Positions 62,757 to 64,000 of a stretch of 64,000 nucleotides of DNA are shown one piece after another. The stretch covers positions 2,646 to 66,645 of the forward strand of contig JALZUS010000018.1 of assembly GCA_023299885.1 (NCBI GenBank), given 5' to 3'. The stretch comes from Bdellovibrionales bacterium (GTDB taxonomy: Bacteria > Bdellovibrionota > Bdellovibrionia > Bdellovibrionales > UBA1609). Numbering within the stretch: the stretch's first letter is position 1; each line of letters opens with the position of its first letter. Made by a program: the position numbers and the translations under genes. The notes under the pieces were generated by a model. The model was not told the DNA's origin, made no database searches, and saw only the letters and a list, made by a program, of their open reading frames with translations.

Positions 62757-63410
62757 TTAAAATGGGCAAACTTCCATGCCTTTTTGAAAAGCTTGGCTTT
62801 GTGACAAGTTTTCTACCCAAGCCTTAACATGCTTAAAGTCATTAAGCCCCAAATGATCAGTGGCTTTGTAAAATTTTTCTAAACCGAGCACCCAAGGCGC
62901 CAGTGAAAAATCAGCAATCGAAAGCTCATCACCCGCAATATACTTGTTTTTAGAAAGCTGAGCATCCATTACAGCCAATAATCTTTTTGTTTCTGTTGCA
63001 TATCTTTCCACTGGATAAGGATGATCACATTTCTTTTTAGCATATTTATAAAAGTGACCAAACTGTCCAAACATAGGGCCAGCACCACCAACTTGAAAAA
63101 AGAGCCACTGTAAAACTTTAGATCTTTTAGCCGTATCTTTTGGCAAGAACCTTCCTGACTTTTCAGCTAGGTAAACTAATATAGCACCCGACTCCATTAC
63201 AGATAAAGGCTTGCCGTCATCCCCCACAGGATCAACAATTGCTGGTATTTTTGAATTTGGATTAATTTTAACAAACTCATCCTTAAACTGATCACCTTTT
63301 ATAATATCTATTTTATGAGCATCATAAGCTAAGCCCATCTCTTCTAGAGCGATAGAAATTTTTTGCCCATTAGGAGTTGCTAACGAATATAGCTGTATTT
63401 TGTTTTCCAT
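62757..63410 (-). CDS. Glutathione S-transferase, YfcG/YghU (Nu-class)-like
   Basis: 217 aa. LYSLATPNGQKISIALEEMGL plus NPNSKIPAIVD plus ESGAILVYLAEK are typical of this GST clade. Confidence 0.85.
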   Translation of the reverse strand: MENKIQLYSLATPNGQKISIALEEMGLAYDAHKIDIIKGDQFKDEFVKINPNSKIPAIVDPVGDDGKPLSVMESGAILVYLAEKSGRFLPKDTAKRSKVLQWLFFQVGGAGPMFGQFGHFYKYAKKKCDHPYPVERYATETKRLLAVMDAQLSKNKYIAGDELSIADFSLAPWVLGLEKFYKATDHLGLNDFKHVKAWVENLSQSQAFQKGMEVCPF

Positions 63411-63418
63411 TATTTTCC

Positions 63419-64000
63419 TTAGTGTGAACTTTTTATTTTTATTTCAGATTGCAATGTACGGTTTACCGGACAACGCTCAGCAATTTCATAAAGCCTTTTT
63501 TCTTGAGCCTCATCAAATTCACCTGTTATAGAAATATGCTTTTCTATAACATCTACCTTGCCGCTTTCTGTTTCACACTCATCACAGTCTTTTGCATATA
63601 TTTTTTTATGAGATAAATCGACAAGCACTTCATCAAGCTTTATCCCTTTTCTTTCAGCATACATTTTAATAGTCATAGATGTGCAAGCACCAAGACCTGC
63701 CAAAACTAGGTCATAAGGATTCATTCCTAAATTATCACCTTTATAAGACTTTGGCTCATCAGCTATGATGTGGTGATCTTTTGTATAAATATCTTGTGTA
63801 AATTTAGAGTCTATTCTTGATTTTGTAAGAACATGATTTTTTTCAATTTTCATTTCTTCTTTTGGCTCTGCCTCCATATAACGACCAGCCCAAGCACTGA
63901 TAACATCCCCTGCATATTTTGCATTGCTTCGTTTCATCAACAAGTGATCTGCGTTGTCTAAAGTAACAAAGCTTTTTGGATGCTTTGCAGTCACAAAAAT
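63419..64000 (-). CDS. OsmC-family peroxiredoxin-like domain fused to the end of an alpha/beta-hydrolase domain; 5' end outside the window
   Basis: The frame stays open to base 64000, so the GTG at 63994 is probably internal. The C-terminus carries GMNPYDLVLAGLGACTSMTIKMYAERK (OsmC). The N-terminal residues ..LDNADHLL look like the catalytic-His end of a hydrolase fold. Confidence 0.7.
   Translation of the reverse strand: MFVTAKHPKSFVTLDNADHLLMKRSNAKYAGDVISAWAGRYMEAEPKEEMKIEKNHVLTKSRIDSKFTQDIYTKDHHIIADEPKSYKGDNLGMNPYDLVLAGLGACTSMTIKMYAERKGIKLDEVLVDLSHKKIYAKDCDECETESGKVDVIEKHISITGEFDEAQEKRLYEIAERCPVNRTLQSEIKIKSSH

Overview
This is a visibly AT-rich bacterial chromosomal window, densely packed with about 60 CDS plus an SRP (4.5S) RNA and a tmRNA. 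I found no tRNA or rRNA genes, no CRISPR array, and no transposase or integrase.

The likely source is a Bdellovibrio-like predator, for example Bacteriovoracaceae/Halobacteriovorax. This is inference only, based on an MglA GTPase with Ser21 and no MglB, a tmRNA tag of the GND..LAA type, many Cys-rich lipoproteins and the low GC content.

The backbone consists of:
- a dppABC-like permease/binding-protein operon running straight into a shikimate cluster
- ung and lexA, transcribed divergently
- dapF, msrB, lysS and an EnvC-like LytM factor
- a PP2C phosphatase, an AceE-like E1 and a fused DppD/F ATPase
- yhdH, a low-molecular-weight tyrosine phosphatase, an M3 peptidase and MgtC
- ffs-dnaX-ybaB-recR-mglA-nadA
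- ssrA, a HupE/UreJ permease, TruA-like and DTW proteins, SWIB and VF530 proteins
- rluF, dbpA, yaiI, a JmjC protein, a GST and an OsmC fusion

The observations most worth a second look are:
1. Two tandem paralogous giant cysteine-rich modular lipoproteins (1353 and 726 aa). Both carry the same bipartite upstream motif, novel-looking Cys modules and a conserved C-terminal domain and tail. They sit next to a divergently transcribed OmpA-family barrel.
2. A shikimate supergene in the eukaryotic AROM order (aroB, aroA, then a fused AroK-AroD-AroE ORF). The ORF track misses the fusion because it is open at the window edge.
3. An A9 run in dnaX exactly at the tau/gamma boundary, with stops two to four codons away in both alternative frames.
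4. A frameshifted DUF3820 remnant beside ssrA, which together with an intact paralog brackets a lipoprotein/HupE/His-rich peptide module.
5. Two unannotated tiny ORFs with near-identical translation initiation regions.
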